A stretch of 64,000 bases of DNA, taken from NCBI RefSeq assembly GCF_009914755.1, contig NC_060925.1, one strand, 5' to 3'. Position 1 is the first letter of the stretch; every line of letters starts with the position of its first letter. Made by a program: the position numbers and the translations under genes. The notes below the pieces were generated by a model. The model was not told where the DNA came from. It was given only the letters and a program-made list of their open reading frames with translations, and searched no databases. Source of the stretch: the human T2T-CHM13v2.0 reference genome, Homo sapiens. Shown here one piece after another: positions 17,341 through 32,879 of this stretch.

Positions 17341-17507
17341 TGCAACTTGAACCTAGTAGGTGCTCAGTAAATGTATTTTTAATAGAATTAAAATTTTAGC
17401 TTCAATTCTCTGCACTGACCAGATATCCCAGAGAATTCCTTGCCCACAGCCCTCTTCTTGCTTTATGATAGCTGTCTTCCAGAATGGGCCAGGGCTCTGT
17501 CACCCAC

Positions 17508-17593
17508 TTTTGTTTTTTTTCTTAGATGAAGTCTTGCTCTGTCACCCAGGCTGGAGTGCAGTGGCACAATCTTGGCTCACTGCAGCCTCTGCC
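17508..17593 (-). mobile_element. Alu right-arm fragment
   Basis: AGATGAAGTCTTGCTCTGTCACCCAGGCTGGAGTGCAGTGGCACAATCTTGGCTCACTGCAGCCTCTGCC, then similarity ends. Confidence 0.8.
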
Positions 17594-19366
17594 CTCCATC
17601 ACCCCCTTTTCTAAATAATAATAATAATAATAGCCAACATTCATTATTAAGCACTGATCTGACTCCTTTAACTTCATCTTCATTTTATTTTTGCACTATG
17701 GATTATTGTTATTCCATTTTATAACTGAAAAAAAATTGAGCTAAATAAAAGATAAATAAAACTTCACATAGCTTGTAATATAGCAAAGTGAGATCTGAAA
17801 TCAGCTCTGTTTGATGACATGCAGGTCAAAAAAGGGATTTTGAAATTGGTGTCTAAACTAAAAGAAATAAAACCCATGAAACCCTTAGAGGAACATGTTA
17901 GAATCTTGAATTATCAAAATTTTAAAGTTCTAAAGCAAATGTTTTTAGATTTATCTACTTTCAAAACTTGCATGTGCTCAGAATATTTTTAAACACAGAA
18001 AAGATTTTATTCAGCCAATTTGACTGATGTTGATAATTTCATCATGACAAAAGCGGGGAGCTGCTATGTGCCATTTCTCAATTAAATGGTATTATTTGTT
18101 CTTTACATCACCCTTAGTTTTATTTATTCACATATACATATGCATCTCACATGACCCAAATACTAATTTTGCCTGCTATCACTGGCTTTCAGAGCTATGA
18201 TTTCCAATAGAGGAAAGGACTAAGGAAAAAATCTTTAAAGCCTTCTGAAATGAAGTCTTTATTTATAAAGTTATGTAGCTGCATAACTGTTGCAGACAGA
18301 TTTGTATTCAATGTATTTGGAGGCTTACGTGCATTTCTTCCTTCTGCCTTTGATCCCTCTTCTCCTAAAATGTATGCACTTATTCTCTGCTTACTTTAGG
18401 ATTTCAATTCTGTCTTGGAGATACTGTCCTGATAGTCTGAGTCATTGGTCCTGTTCTCAATAAAGTATAGAAGATGGATAGCTTTACCACTTTCCTTCAG
18501 CTCTTATAAATCTAATAAATGGTTTCATCCATATTGCCTCTCTTGGAATCCTTCACATTGCCTTGGCTGGTTTCTGTTACAGATAAGAAAGGGGAATGTT
18601 TGCCAACCTTGATATTGATAAAACTGAAACAGCTACTCTAATAATTCTACATCTGTGCGACTTTATTCTTATTGTTCAGTGGGGAGTGAGTGCCATACCC
18701 TACATTAAAAAAAAAAAAAAAGCAATGTAGCCAGAGCAATAAGGAATCAGATATTGTCAGGTCATTTGGTGTCTACATTATTATGTGGGCTCCTGAGAGT
18801 TAAAAATGAGTTCATGGCGACTGTGGCAAAATCCTAGGGACAGCTCTTTCCTCCAGACAGACAAGACGAGAAGAGACAAACTTTCTGAAATTGTCCAATT
18901 TTTTTTGTTGAAAAACAGGGAAACTGCTTCATCAGAATGAACTTCCTATGAGTAATCATTTCTAAAATTAGGAGACACAATATGCTTCAGCATAAGAAAT
19001 AAATCACAAGAACCAGACCCTAAGCAAGAAATGTTTTATTTGCTTTACCCCAAGTCTCACTTATTTTATATTTTGTTTAAGCATATGCTTTGCAAAATTA
19101 ATTTCTCCCCTCACACTCTCCATAAGGACTCTTCGCAGATGTAGTGATGATTTTTCAACCCCCACGAAACTGAATTAGGTTATTTTAGACCTGAAAGCGT
19201 TTTCAAAAATTATTATTATTAAAGGCAAGTAAGAGCAAAACAAAAAGAAAATTTTTAAAAGCTATTTGTTAACCTGCCCTGACTGCTCTTTAAGTACACT
19301 GAGATAATTTACAAACGTAAATCATGCTAGAAAATGCAATCATGCCATGAGTTTAATAGAACTCTT

Positions 19367-19663
<297 letters not shown>

Positions 19664-21024
19664 TCACTGCTTATACATTTACATTATTGATATGCTTCTT
19701 GATCATGTCTTCTGGAATTTTCAAAGTCCTCAAAGACATTTTTTATGTCTCTTATGTTTAAAAAAATTAAGATAAGCCTTACTGGGGTCTACCTGGTACA
19801 CCACAAGTGAGGACAATATCTTTGTGTTGTTCTGAATTATCAGAGCACAATAAACCTTTAAGGAAGCCCAACACACTCACATTTACCAGTTGGTTTCTCA
19901 CTGACAACAGTAGAGCAGGCCCAGCTGTTCCCAGCAGCTGTTTGGTGTAGAACTGCCTAAGCCGAAATGCCTTCCAGCTGATGGTGGTCCCCAGGAGCCA
20001 GAAGACAGTCACCAAGCATAGGAATGGAGGCCAGTTCCAAAGGGAGAGAAACCCAAAGCCTAGAGAACTAAGGAAACCACTCCCATCCTACCTTTACCCC
20101 TTAAAGGAAAACAGAACTCTGTAAACCTGTTCATTCCCAGCCTGCCCTCTCAAGGGCTTCACCTTTATAATGAGCTAGACTGGAAGAGGAGATTTCATTT
20201 CGTTCCAAATGAATTATCATTATAATAGGCATCTAGGCTGCCCATCAAAGATCCCAGAACTGGGGTAGCAGGAAAGTGGAGTGGGTAAGAGGAGAGGGGA
20301 GAAATTTACATACAGAGATAAGCATGGACACTGATTAAGAGAACACACTTTTGCTTCAAAAAGACATGAACTCCGCACAGGTCACCTGCCTGTTAAGTAT
20401 ATACAGTGTGTGCTTATTTGATGATGAAAATCAGAGGATGGCTATTTGAATGGAAATGAATTTTAATAAGCGTTTGAGGCAGAAGCAGCAACCCTTCATT
20501 CTCCCTTCTATCACCAGGCACCTTCTTGACCATCATTACCACAGAGGAAAGAATGCTGGCATGCTAATCATCCAGTGAAGAATGCTCTCTATCCTCCTCA
20601 GTCTTTGTGGGTGTTCATTAACCTTGTGGGCTCCTTAGCCAGCAGAGCACAGCTGTCCCAGGGAAATTTCCATATCCCTTAAGAAAAGCAGGATGTCAGT
20701 TAGCGTTCAGGGATCCAGCCTATAGAAAAAAGTGGGAGAAATCTCCCTGAGGAATGAAAGCAAGACTACTAGCGTTTAGCACTTATGTTGCACTATTTTA
20801 AAACTTGCAAAATTTTGGACTGACTTTGCACTTTTATAAAATTAAGTATAGTATGGTTATTTATTACTCTTTTTGAAAAAAATCTGGACAGACGAAAGAA
20901 TTATCCTAGTATTGTAAACTCTCATCTCTGCTTCCAGGCTGAAATGAAAGCGAAAATAAACACCCTTGGATTATCTATCTTTTATTGGTACTTAAACATA
21001 CAAGACAGCACGGAAGCATTCCAG

Positions 21025-21748
<724 letters not shown>

Positions 21749-23492
21749 TTAAATTATGCATTTTTATGATAGAAAGAAAAAATACTTCAATTGCCTAATA
21801 GTGGAATATCTAATGTCTTTAATATCAAGAAGTAAATATTGCCATCAGCAAAAGCTGTGAGCTCTCTGCAATCTACATATTGTAGTGTTAGAGACAACGT
21901 CACTGACTGGGCTCTCGACAAAAGCATTGGAGAAAGAAGGGGATCCGGCATATTCTAGTAAGCTTTTCCTCTCCTAATCCTAAGCAAGTAAGTGTTGCAT
22001 TCTTAAACACATTTGCACATGGATGTCTACAGATAGGCCTGTTAACCACAGAGTTTTTTTAATTTGAGGATTTACCTTACGGGAATTAAGACTTAATCAC
22101 TGAGATTTTACCATGCAGTCTTCAACATCCCTGTAATGTTTTTACTAAACCTCAAACTAATGTAGAATAAAGCAAGAGATAGCAAGCACAAAGGGATCCC
22201 CACCAAAATGTAAAAAAAAAAAAAATCAATTGCCCCCCACCATGGAAAACTTAAATTAAACTCTGTCTTCCTTTTTACTAGAAAGATGCTTTAAAAATTT
22301 TAGCAAATTTAATTAAGTTGTTCTCTTTTACCTGCTTTTCCTCTTGAGCAACTGTTTTACTGACCCTGCCCCTCAGGTCCCAGAAGTGAGGAGGGTAGAA
22401 TGCCAAAGAGCTGGGGCTGGGCTCAGAAAGGTCTCAGCCATTTCCTCCCCATTATCGCTCTGTTCAGCTGCTCAGGCTCTGACAGCCTAACAAGGTGCTA
22501 ATGGGCCATACGTTCTAGCCCAGTTCACAGCAGGTTGTTTCAAATGGGTTGAGGAGGTTGATTTGCATTCAAAATCTTCTCTCCCTCACTTGCTTTTTTG
22601 TTTGGCCCCTTGATTTCTACTCCCCAGACACCCTTCGAGGTTGACTTAGAATGGAACAAAATCACATTGGTTCAGAATTTGAATTGCCTGAGTTTGGATT
22701 TTAAATGTGCCCCATTATTTCATCAAGTTGTGGTGGAGTGGGGAGGAGTGAAGGGAAAGAAAAGAGAGCAAAGAGATTTTAAAATGAAAGGGAGAGATGA
22801 TGACAGATGGATGCAAATGTTCCTTTTAAGTGGAGAGGAGCAGCTGATGTAGGGGCATGAAATTGAATTAGTACATCTGTGGCTGGATGTGTGTCATTCA
22901 GCTTCGTATTTTCTACTCCACAGGAGTTTGGTTACCTCGTGATGAATGAGTTCACTTTCACAGGGCCAGGAATACTTCCCTGCACACAAGATGGAGACCC
23001 TTTTCTTCAAAGGGGAGCTGCCTGTGGAAAAGCCTATCACACCAGGGCAGCCCTCTAACATTTTGATATGTATCACCCCTGGAAGGAGGGGTTGGCAATC
23101 TTTGAAACTCTAGTTCCTAAAGTCAAAGGGAGGTAGGAGGGATATGAAATAGAAGTCAGCACGTTTTCCAAGGAGACCGTGTTTATGAGTGACCTGCGGT
23201 GTGCTGGCAAGTGAACAATCTGCTTCTGAAAACCCTGCCCGCGTGCGCTCAAAGTGCTCAGGATCCGTAAATGTTTACAACCACTTCCAGGGAGTAATGG
23301 GATGAGGCTGTTTCTTCAGGACCAGGCTCCAGGGGTGCTCCCCAAAAATAACCAACACAAGTTTCCCCTTCCCTTTTGAAAGCCCAGCAGTCCTCCAGCT
23401 TCAGGGCCACTGCCAGGAAGGTTTATGGCTCCATTCTGCTCCTAGCTCTATATTTTTCTCTACTTCATCTTGGATCTCACTTCCCATTCTTT

Positions 23493-24105
23493 TGAAGGAA
23501 ACCAAAATATTTCACCCCAAAATATACTTCTTTGATATATTTTAAGATAGCTATTTAGAAGGGCTGGAAATACAAGAATAACTGAAAAGCTGTCTTTTCG
23601 GGGGAGATTTGCATCTGTAGAGTTAATCCACATTGATTCAGCCAGGCTTCTTCAGATACCCTTCCTTGTCTAGATCTAGGCAAGATTCAATAAAAGTCTG
23701 ACACCTTTAAAGGTCTGAAAGAAACATTTACCATCTATTCTCTTAGAGGATTGCTACCTGTGTAGAGTATTGCTACCTGTAGAGATTGCTCCCTGTTAGA
23801 GGATTTCACCTGTATAACAAGGCCATCTTTGCTAGCCAGGCCCCCTCTGATGAGCTGTCTTGCCACTATCAACTGATTTACCAACCATAACATGTTTTTG
23901 GCCCTACTCCAAGCCCCCATTCTTTTTGTAACTTCAAGGTGGTATAAAAGCATCAACCATCTGGTCATTTCTTTGCGATCTTATATTTTGTAAGACTCCT
24001 GTGCATGTTAATAAATTTGTATACCTTTTCTCCTATTAATCTGCCTTTTGTCACTAGATTCTCTGCAAAACTTCAGAGGCCAAAAGTTTTCCCTTGGGCC
24101 CTAAA
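23493..24105 (+). mobile_element. ERV1 solo LTR, MER34-like
   Basis: TGAAGGAAACCAAAATATTTCACCCCAAAATATAC start; TATAAAA and AATAAA internal; ends TTTCCCTTGGGCCCTAAA. Confidence 0.75.
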
Positions 24106-24195
24106 CTCTCTTTTGCCCCAGAGCTAAAAATCTAAGACAGTTGTTCCCCATCCAGTAAAGCCTAAGTCACAAGCCTAATTGTCACAGCCTTGCTT

Positions 24196-25650
24196 TGTAA
24201 AAACCAAATAAATGAAGAGAGCATTGTTACTCAGAACCAGTTACATGAGACTTAAATTAAAAAACTGTGTAAAGCAAAAGTTAATTTCTGGATATTTGCA
24301 ACAGACCTGGGAATCATCTTTGCCCATTGGTCAGGGCAGTATTGAAACTCTGCTCATGGAGTTAACGAGAATTACATGCCAGCTTCTGGAAAAAAATATA
24401 ATTATCATTAAACATCAATCAGACTGCACTCTGGCCTACTTCCTTATAACTGAAAATCATGTAACACTAGATACTGACAATTTACCTTCCCATTGTTTGT
24501 ATAGATGGGATTTCTGATGTTAAAATCATAAGGCTTTAGTTTAAGAATTGATTTACATCCCCATTGTTCCCGTTAGCAGCGGAGAACCCATCTGGGTCTG
24601 CAGCAACTCGATTCTCGACTTCTCGAGGGGAAAGAATTCAGCTGAGCGGCATAATGCAGAGTCAGAGACCAAGACAAGTTTTTGAGCAGGAGTGAAAGTT
24701 TATTAAAAAATATTAGAGCAAGAACAAAAGGAGAAAAGTGCACTTGGAAGAGGGCCAAGTAGGCCACTTGAGAAATCCAAGGGTGCCGTCTGACCCTTGC
24801 CCTGGGCATGGGTCTGGGGTTTGCATTTCTTCTTCCTTAATTTTTCCTTGGGATGGGCTGTCCACATGCACGGTGGCCTGCCAACACTTGGGAGGGGCCA
24901 CATGCAGTGTATTTACTGAAGTTGTGCACATGCTCACTTGAGGCGTTTTTCCTTTATCAGTCGAGTCTTCCTAGGGGAAGGTCTTATACTGGTTAAACTC
25001 TGCCATTTTGCCTCTTAGTGCACATGCTTGAGCCCATTCACCCAACTCCTGAGATCGTACTGGGAAGCTGCTGATCACCAGCTTCAGGTGTTTTCTGTCT
25101 GTTGGGAGACTGCCTTTCCTTGACACCAGCTACAACCAATTATTATTTTAGAGAAACAATTTAACAACTGCCTGACCATCACTTGATGGTCACCTGACAT
25201 TTCTGGCAAATTGCCCTGCTCTTGCCCTGCTCTTGTTTGCCTAACTATCTACTCTATCATTCTTAAAGATAAGACCACTGATGTTAGAATGAAAGACTTG
25301 TTTAAAAATGCTTAAGACGTTTATCAGGCTTGGAATTCCAGTGAAGCAGCTGACACCAACCAGTTTAAAGACCTCCACAGAAAAATCAAATCAGTATAAA
25401 ATACAGTTTCATCACTTCCCTGTCCCATGACTGCACCCTACATTCTTTCATCAATCAACAATCCCCACACCTCAACCCATTGCAAACCCCTTAAAATCCC
25501 TAGCCCCAAACTCTCTGAGGAGGAGGATTTGAGGTTTCCTACCATCTTTTCATTTTGCTGCCCTATGATATTTAAACTTTCTCTGCTACAACCCTTGGTA
25601 TCAGTGTACTGACTTGCCACAGCTCAGGCAATGGAACTGTTAAGGTCACA
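24196..25650 (+). mobile_element. ERV1 (MER4-group) LTR split by a MER50 insertion
   Basis: LTR-like sequence at 24196-24570 resumes at 25260 (CCCTTAAAATCCCTAGCCCCAAACTC..., ends GGTCACA). Confidence 0.6.
24571..25259 (-). mobile_element. MER50 LTR
   Basis: Minus-strand start TGATAGAGTAGATAGTTAGGCAAAC..AATGTCAGGTGACCATCAAGTGATGGTCAGGC; TSD TTCC/TTCT. Confidence 0.8.
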
Positions 25651-25717
25651 GTATTCTACGAGTGGTCCCCAAAATGTCTCAGAGAATGTGTGTTATTTTT
25701 TAAATATTTTAAAATCT

Positions 25718-26025
<308 letters not shown>

Positions 26026-26040
26026 AAAATCTTAAAAAAA

Positions 26041-26197
26041 TTTTTTTTTAGTGACAGGGTCTCACTCTGCTGGCCAGGTTGGAGTGCAGTGGCACGATCA
26101 TTGTTCACTGCAGCCTTGAACTCCTGGGCTCAAGTGATGCTCCTGAATTGGCTTCCCTAAGTGCTAGGATTACAGATATGAGCCACCCCAAACTGCC
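26041..26197 (-). mobile_element. Monomeric Alu (FRAM-like or internally collapsed AluJ)
   Basis: About 150-bp single-arm Alu with J-type sequence. Confidence 0.75.
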
Positions 26198-26199
26198 TG

Positions 26200-26949
26200 A
26201 TATGTTAAATTCTAATCTCCAGTGTGATGATATTTGGAGGTGGGGCCTTTGGGAGGTGATTAGGTCATGAGGGTGAAGTCCTCATAAATGAAATTATAAG
26301 AAGAGGCCAGAGAGCTAGCTTGCTTGCTTTCAGCTATGTGAGGACACAACAAGAAAGTGGTAGTCTGCAACCTGAAAGACAGCCTTCACCAGAACCTGAC
26401 CATGCTGGCAGCCTGATCTTGGACTTCTAGCCTGCAGAACTGTAAGAAATGAATTTCTGTTGTTTATAAGCCACCCAGTTAAGAAAAAAAATAAATAAAT
26501 AAGGCAGTCTGGGCCCTGTGAAGTATGCAAAACTTACCAGGCCCAGAAAGATGTGAATATAGGACTTCAGTAGGAGGGGGCACGTCCATGCCCAGGGCTG
26601 ACTGTTTAACGGCATCTTTGCCCCCGACTGGCTGCCTCTCCCATTATCTTCATGTTCCTGGAATCTGTGATATACAGTACAATGCAGAGCCAATCAATAG
26701 CTTAGGTTATTTCTATGTAAATTATTAGTAAATAATAGAGGAACTGCCTCTTCTTTTTTTCTTGAAAATCCACTTGTAACTGCTGCTAATCAAAGTGTAT
26801 ATTCACAGCAACTTAAATCTATGTTTCTGGGTGGCCATCGTCAAGCTCTGGGGTCAAATAAACTCTATACTTAATCATATTTTCTGAATCTCATTATTGA
26901 AAGTTGACATAGTCTATGGTACTTTGTTATAATAGCCTGAACTAAAACA
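26200..26949 (+). mobile_element. MLT1A-type MaLR LTR interrupted by another LTR
   Basis: GGAGGTGGGGCCTTTGGGAGGTGATTAGGTCATGAGGG...TTTATAAGCCACCCAGT|CTATGGTACTTTGTTATAATAGCC. Confidence 0.85.
26480..26909 (+). mobile_element. LTR47/MER72-like LTR nested in MLT1A
   Basis: GTATGCAAAACTTACCAGGCCCAGAAAGA...AATAAACTC...GTTGACA; TSD CAGT/TAGT. Confidence 0.65.
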
Positions 26950-28031
26950 ATCACAAATAAAGTTTGTGTTTTCTTTTTTAAAGACATTATCCCTTGTCAA
27001 CTCAAATCCATTAAAAAATAAGAAAAACAATTAACGTAAAAGTATCATCGTGATAATAATTTCTTATCTAGGTAAAAGAGCCACTGAAGCCTCTTTAACC
27101 CACTGAACTGTTTCACGGACTTGAAAATCAAGCTGAAGACTCATATATTTTTTTTTAACTGTTCTTACCTTGGTAAGCAAAAGCAAAATGAGGAAAAAGG
27201 CATGTCTATTCCCTACAGACCCCAAAATTTTCTGAAAAAGACCTCCAAATGGGGTTTGTCTATCAAGTGCATAAAGTTGAAGGAGGCCAAGGTGTTGCTA
27301 TTCACATCATCTGCTTAAGTTAGCACACACCATGTGGTCTTTCTTTAGGCAATTTTCGAGTTGTCTCCTTGGATGCCTTACGCTAGAAGTGCATACACAA
27401 CAAAAATGAGGAATGTATAATATCTAGGGAAAGGGAAGAAGAAAGAGGGAGTCAGTCCCCTGCAAATCCATTGACGTGAGGCATTCTTCCTGGATGGTCC
27501 TTCACCTTACATTTGCTTCATGTTGTCCCTTACAGCCCAGGCAAATTCTCCACAGCATTTTGCCCATAAGATCATTACCACATTGCTTGGTTCCCCTTTC
27601 AGAGATGATTAGTCAGCCAGTCCATATTTAGCTCCTGTTGCTATTTCCCGGCCAAGTCTTTCATTCCCTAAACATTTCTGATGTGGTTCTTGGAACTGTA
27701 TTCAATGTGCTAAGCCTCGGCTGTCCCAAGCAGAATGCCTTGTCCATCTGTGCCCAGAAGATGCTTGCATTGTTTTCCATCAATCTCTCTCTCTCCAAAG
27801 GAATTAGATGAGAAAGGATGTCTTACTGCATTGTTGCCAGTGTTCCATAACAAGAATCCTTGGGGTGGCTCTCAATAAGAAAAAATCAAGCCTGAGTTAG
27901 AAAGCCATAATTGCATTGCTTTCAGTAGGCAAGACTAGACAGATATAGCACTGTGATATATGCAGGGTATATCCTGGATTTTTTTCTCACCTCCTCCTGC
28001 AGAGCATTCCTTCTTGCTCTAGCAACCCCAG

Positions 28032-28538
28032 TGTGATGGTTAATTTTAGGTGTCAACTTGACTGGATTAAAAGATACCCAGATAGATGGTAAAGCATTCT
28101 TTCTGGGTATGTCTATGAGGGTGTTTACAGAAAAGAGGCACTAGGGTCAGTGGCCTGAGTAAGGAGGATCAACCCTCACCCAATGTGGGCAGGCACCAAA
28201 CAATTGGTTCAGTGTCTGGATAGAACAATGAGGTCAGAGGAAAGATGAATTTTCCTGTCTTCTGGAGCTGGAACACTCATCTTCTGTTACTCTTGGACAT
28301 CCAGGTTCTTTGGCCTTTGGACTCTAAGACTTGCACCACTGGCTTCCCAAGTTCTTGGGCCTTTAAACTTGGACTGAGCAATGCTATCAGCTTCCTTTGT
28401 TCTCCAGCTTGCAGATAGCATATGGTGGGACTTCTCAGCCTCCATATTTGTGTGAGCCAATTTCCATAATAAATCCTCTCTCAAACATTTCTGTTGATCC
28501 TATTGGTTCTGTTTCTCTGAAGATCTATAACTAATATA
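28032..28538 (+). mobile_element. MLT2 (ERVL) solo LTR
   Basis: TGTGATGGTTAATTTTAGGTGTCAACTTGACTGG start; 5-bp TSD CCCAG (28027-28031, 28539-28543). Confidence 0.9.
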
Positions 28539-28806
28539 CCCAGTTCCTTGCACTGTTCCCACAGGTTCCTATAACCAACCCCACCACTTTTGCTGTTTCT
28601 GCCCTCTAGGAATTTTTTACTGCTTCTTCCCCCATCAAAATTGGACTTTCTTCTATTTAATGTCAATTTTTCTTAATTATGGTAAAGTAATTCACATAAC
28701 AGCAGTTTATCTCGTTGTCTCACCTGATGTGACAAATGAATGAGAATCCAAAAGAATGATTGTAATGGAATTTTGGGCCCTCGTGGGCCACCGTTGAGGT
28801 GTTTTT

Positions 28807-29205
28807 TATATAAAGTTTGAATATATGTCCCTGCCAAATCTCATGTTGAATTATAATCCCCAGTGTTTGAGGTGGAGCCTGATAGAAAGTGTTTTGGTCA
28901 TGGGGGGTGGATTCCTTATGGCTTGGTGCTGTCCTTGCAATAGTGAGTGAGTACACATGAGATTTGATTAAGTGTGTAACACCTCCCTCCACTACCCTCT
29001 CTTGCACCTGCTTCTGCCATGAAACACCTGCTCCTGTTTCCACCTTCCACTATGATTGTAAGTTTCCTGAGGCCTCCCCAGAAGCAGATTCTGGCACCAT
29101 GCTTCCTGTACAGCCTACAGAACCATGTGCTAACTAAACCCCTTTTCTTATAAATTACCCAGTCACAGGTATTTCTTTATAGCAATGTAAAAACGGCCTA
29201 ACACA
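28807..29205 (+). mobile_element. MST (MaLR) solo LTR
   Basis: CCAAATCTCATGTTGAATTATAATCCCC...TAAATTACCCAGTCACAGGTATTTCTTTATAGCAATG..CTAACACA; T5 flanks. Confidence 0.88.
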
Positions 29206-29449
29206 TTTTTAAAAGGAGCAACTATGTTGACACTTTCTTCGCAGCACATAAAGAAACACCTACCCCCCATCCAATAGGGTTTCCATAATTATTTGCTTAT
29301 TTAATTTTTTTAAATAGGAGATGAAACTTTCTACTATGATTCCTGCTATCTCAAGTTGAACCGTACCTATAGATACCAAGATTTATTTGATAGTGAAACA
29401 AGCATGTAGAGCAAGCATATGGCAACATTTTAGATAATCTTTTCTCAAA

Positions 29450-29582
29450 CATTACTATACATGAGAATCACCTGGGAATCTTGCTAAAATACAGATTTAT
29501 TTTACTAGGTCTGTGGAGGAGCCTGAGATTCTGCTCTGAGGTGATGCCTATGCCACTGATACCTGGTCTATACATCAAAGAG
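29450..29582. mobile_element. MER5-type hAT MITE remnant
   Basis: GAATCACCTGGGAATCTTGCTAAAATACAGATT...GGTCTGTGGAGGAGCCTGAGATTCTGC. Confidence 0.65.
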
Positions 29583-32142
29583 TAAGGATCTATAGGGTGA
29601 GGGCAGAACTTGGAATGAAAGAAAGGGAAGATGAGATCATTTCTAAATAATTTCCTGGAAGAAATGGAAATAGGAGATGTCATTGACTTAAACATAAAAT
29701 ATAGCAGACTATTAAGATCCTCTAAGGAAGAGCCTGCTGTACTGATTCCATTTTTTTTTTTTTTTTTACCATTTAGTCTTAATTCACCTGTATTTATAGT
29801 ACATTTATTTATTTGACAAATACTCATTATACTTATGTGTTCCATGGGTAGTGCAAGTCATTGAGGAGAAAGGTAGTCAAGGTTGGCATCATTTTCACAA
29901 ACACAGAGCTGAGAGAATATACTAAAAGCTATGTAAAGGAAGAATATACCAAAAGCTATGTAAAGGAAGAATAATAGTTAAATTTTATCCCATAATCAGA
30001 TATATACAAAATGGCCATTTAACAAAAGGCTAATTTCTGAATTCAGTTGCTTTTTTTACCTCTCAAATCAATCTGAATGATCATAAGGTAGAATTTTATC
30101 ATTAATGCTTAGTGAAGAAGTTGTACATGTAGTACATTTTCTTCTTCCGAACCACACCTCACAAATTCCCACAGCTCAGAACTATAGAAGATGCCCTCCA
30201 AAGAGGTGAAATTTATTTTGAAACTTATTCATGTATGTATAAATTAACTCATTGGAAATCATTTGTGGCATGTCAACTTTGTGTCATACTGCACTCAGTA
30301 TTCGGGCCCAGAGATGAAAGTACATAGTAATTGTGTTCAAGGAGCTCAGCTGGAGGTATTTTAATTTGAACACAATCTGGCAGTAAAGTCAGACCATTGT
30401 CATACTTAACAGCACGGTAAAACTGACAGTTTCAGTGATCCTGAGGAGAGTTTCTGGTCCAACTGAGCTTGGAGCCTATGATTTCGGAAGACCTCACAAG
30501 TATCTCAGGAAGTATACACCATGACCAAATGGGAAAAATCCCAAAAATGCCAAGTTAGCTCAACATATAAAAATCAGTCCATGCAATATGCTATATTAAT
30601 AAAAAATTTAAAACCACATGATTACTACAATCAATGCAGAGAAAATATTTGACAAAACCCAACAATCTTTTATGAAATAAAAACAAACAGCAAACTAAGA
30701 GTAGAGGGGAATTTCCTCAACCTGATTATGGTCATCTAAGGAAAACTCACAAGTAATATTATACTTAATAAAGACTGAATGCTTTCCTTCTAATATTGGA
30801 AAGATGACAAGGATGTCTACTCTTGCTACCTCTATTCAATACTGTACTGAAGAGTCTAGCCAGGGAAAGTAGGCAATAAAAGGGAATAAAAGTTATCCAG
30901 ACTGAAAAAAAAATAAAACTATCTCTTATATGTGGGAAGTATTAAGAAATATATATGCACGCACACACACACATGAACACACACAAATTATTAGTACTTA
31001 TAGACAACCACTGCAAGGTTACAGGACACAAGATAAACATGCAAAGTCAATTGTACAGTCTACACACTCACAGTGAACAATCTGCATATAAAATTAGGAA
31101 AACAATTTTATTGACAAAAACATCAAAAAGAAGAGAATACAAATAAATTAACAGAAGAAGTGCAAGATTTATAAACTAAAAACTACAAAACATAATCAAA
31201 AGAAATAAAAGAAGACCAAAATAAATGGAAAAATAGGCCATGTTCACAGACTAAAGACCTAATATTGTTAACATGGCAACATTCCCCTAACTGATCTACA
31301 GATTTAATGCAATCTCTACCATAATTCCAGCTGGCCTTTTTGCAGAAATTGACAAATGGATTCTATGATTTGCAAGAGATCTAGAATAAGCAAAGCAATT
31401 TTGAAAACAAAACAAAGTTTGAGGTCTCATACTCCCTATTTCCAAAACCATTTAAAAAAAGAATTATAGAACAAAATAGAGCTATAATCATTAGGACAAT
31501 GTGATACTGACATAAGGAAAGACATGTAGATCAATGAAATAAAAGTGAGAGTTTTGAAATAAAACCTCAAATTTATGGTAAACTAATATTATTTTACAAG
31601 GGTGCCAAGGCAATTCAACGGAAAAAGAGCCATCTTTTCAACAAATGGTGCTGACACAAATGTTTATCTGTACGCAAAAGAATGAAGTAGGACCCCTACC
31701 TCACACCATATACTAAATTAAATTGGAGCAAACATCTAAATGTTAAAGTCAAAATTCTAAAACTCTTAGAGGAAAACATAAACATAAACCTTTATGACTT
31801 TGGATTAAGAAAGCATTTCTTCAATATGACACCAAAAAACAAGCAACAATGACAAAAACAGAAACAGACAAATTCAACTTTATCAAAATTTAAAATTTTT
31901 GCATTTTAAAGTACACTATTAAAATAGTGAAAAGACAACCCATAGAATGAGAGAAAATATTTACAAATCATATATCTGATAAAGGACTTCTTTGCAGACT
32001 GTATAACAAACTCTTACAACTCAACAATAAAAAATAAATGACCCAATTTTCAAATGGGGAAAGTATCTGAACAGACATTTCTCCAAAAATACACAGATGG
32101 ACAATAAGCAATAAAACTTTGCTCAACATTACTATTCATTAG

Positions 32143-32512
<370 letters not shown>

Positions 32513-32879
32513 AATAATAATAATTTTTTAAAGCAACTAGCATTGGCAAGAATATGAAGAACTGAAACACTCATACATTACTAATGAAAATGTAGAATGG
32601 TACAACCACTTTGGAAACAGTTTGGTATTTCCTTAAACAAAGAGTTGCCATATGATCCAGCATTTACCCAAAAGAATTGAAAATATATGTCTACAGATAA
32701 ACTTGTACACAAATGTTCACAGTAGCATTATTCGTCATAGCCAAAAAGTTGAAACAACCCAAATGTTCATCAACTGATAAATGGATAAACAAAATGTGGT
32801 AAATCCCTACAATGAAATATTAATCAGCCACAAAAGGGAAAGAAATACTGATACAGGATATAACATAAATGAACTTTTA

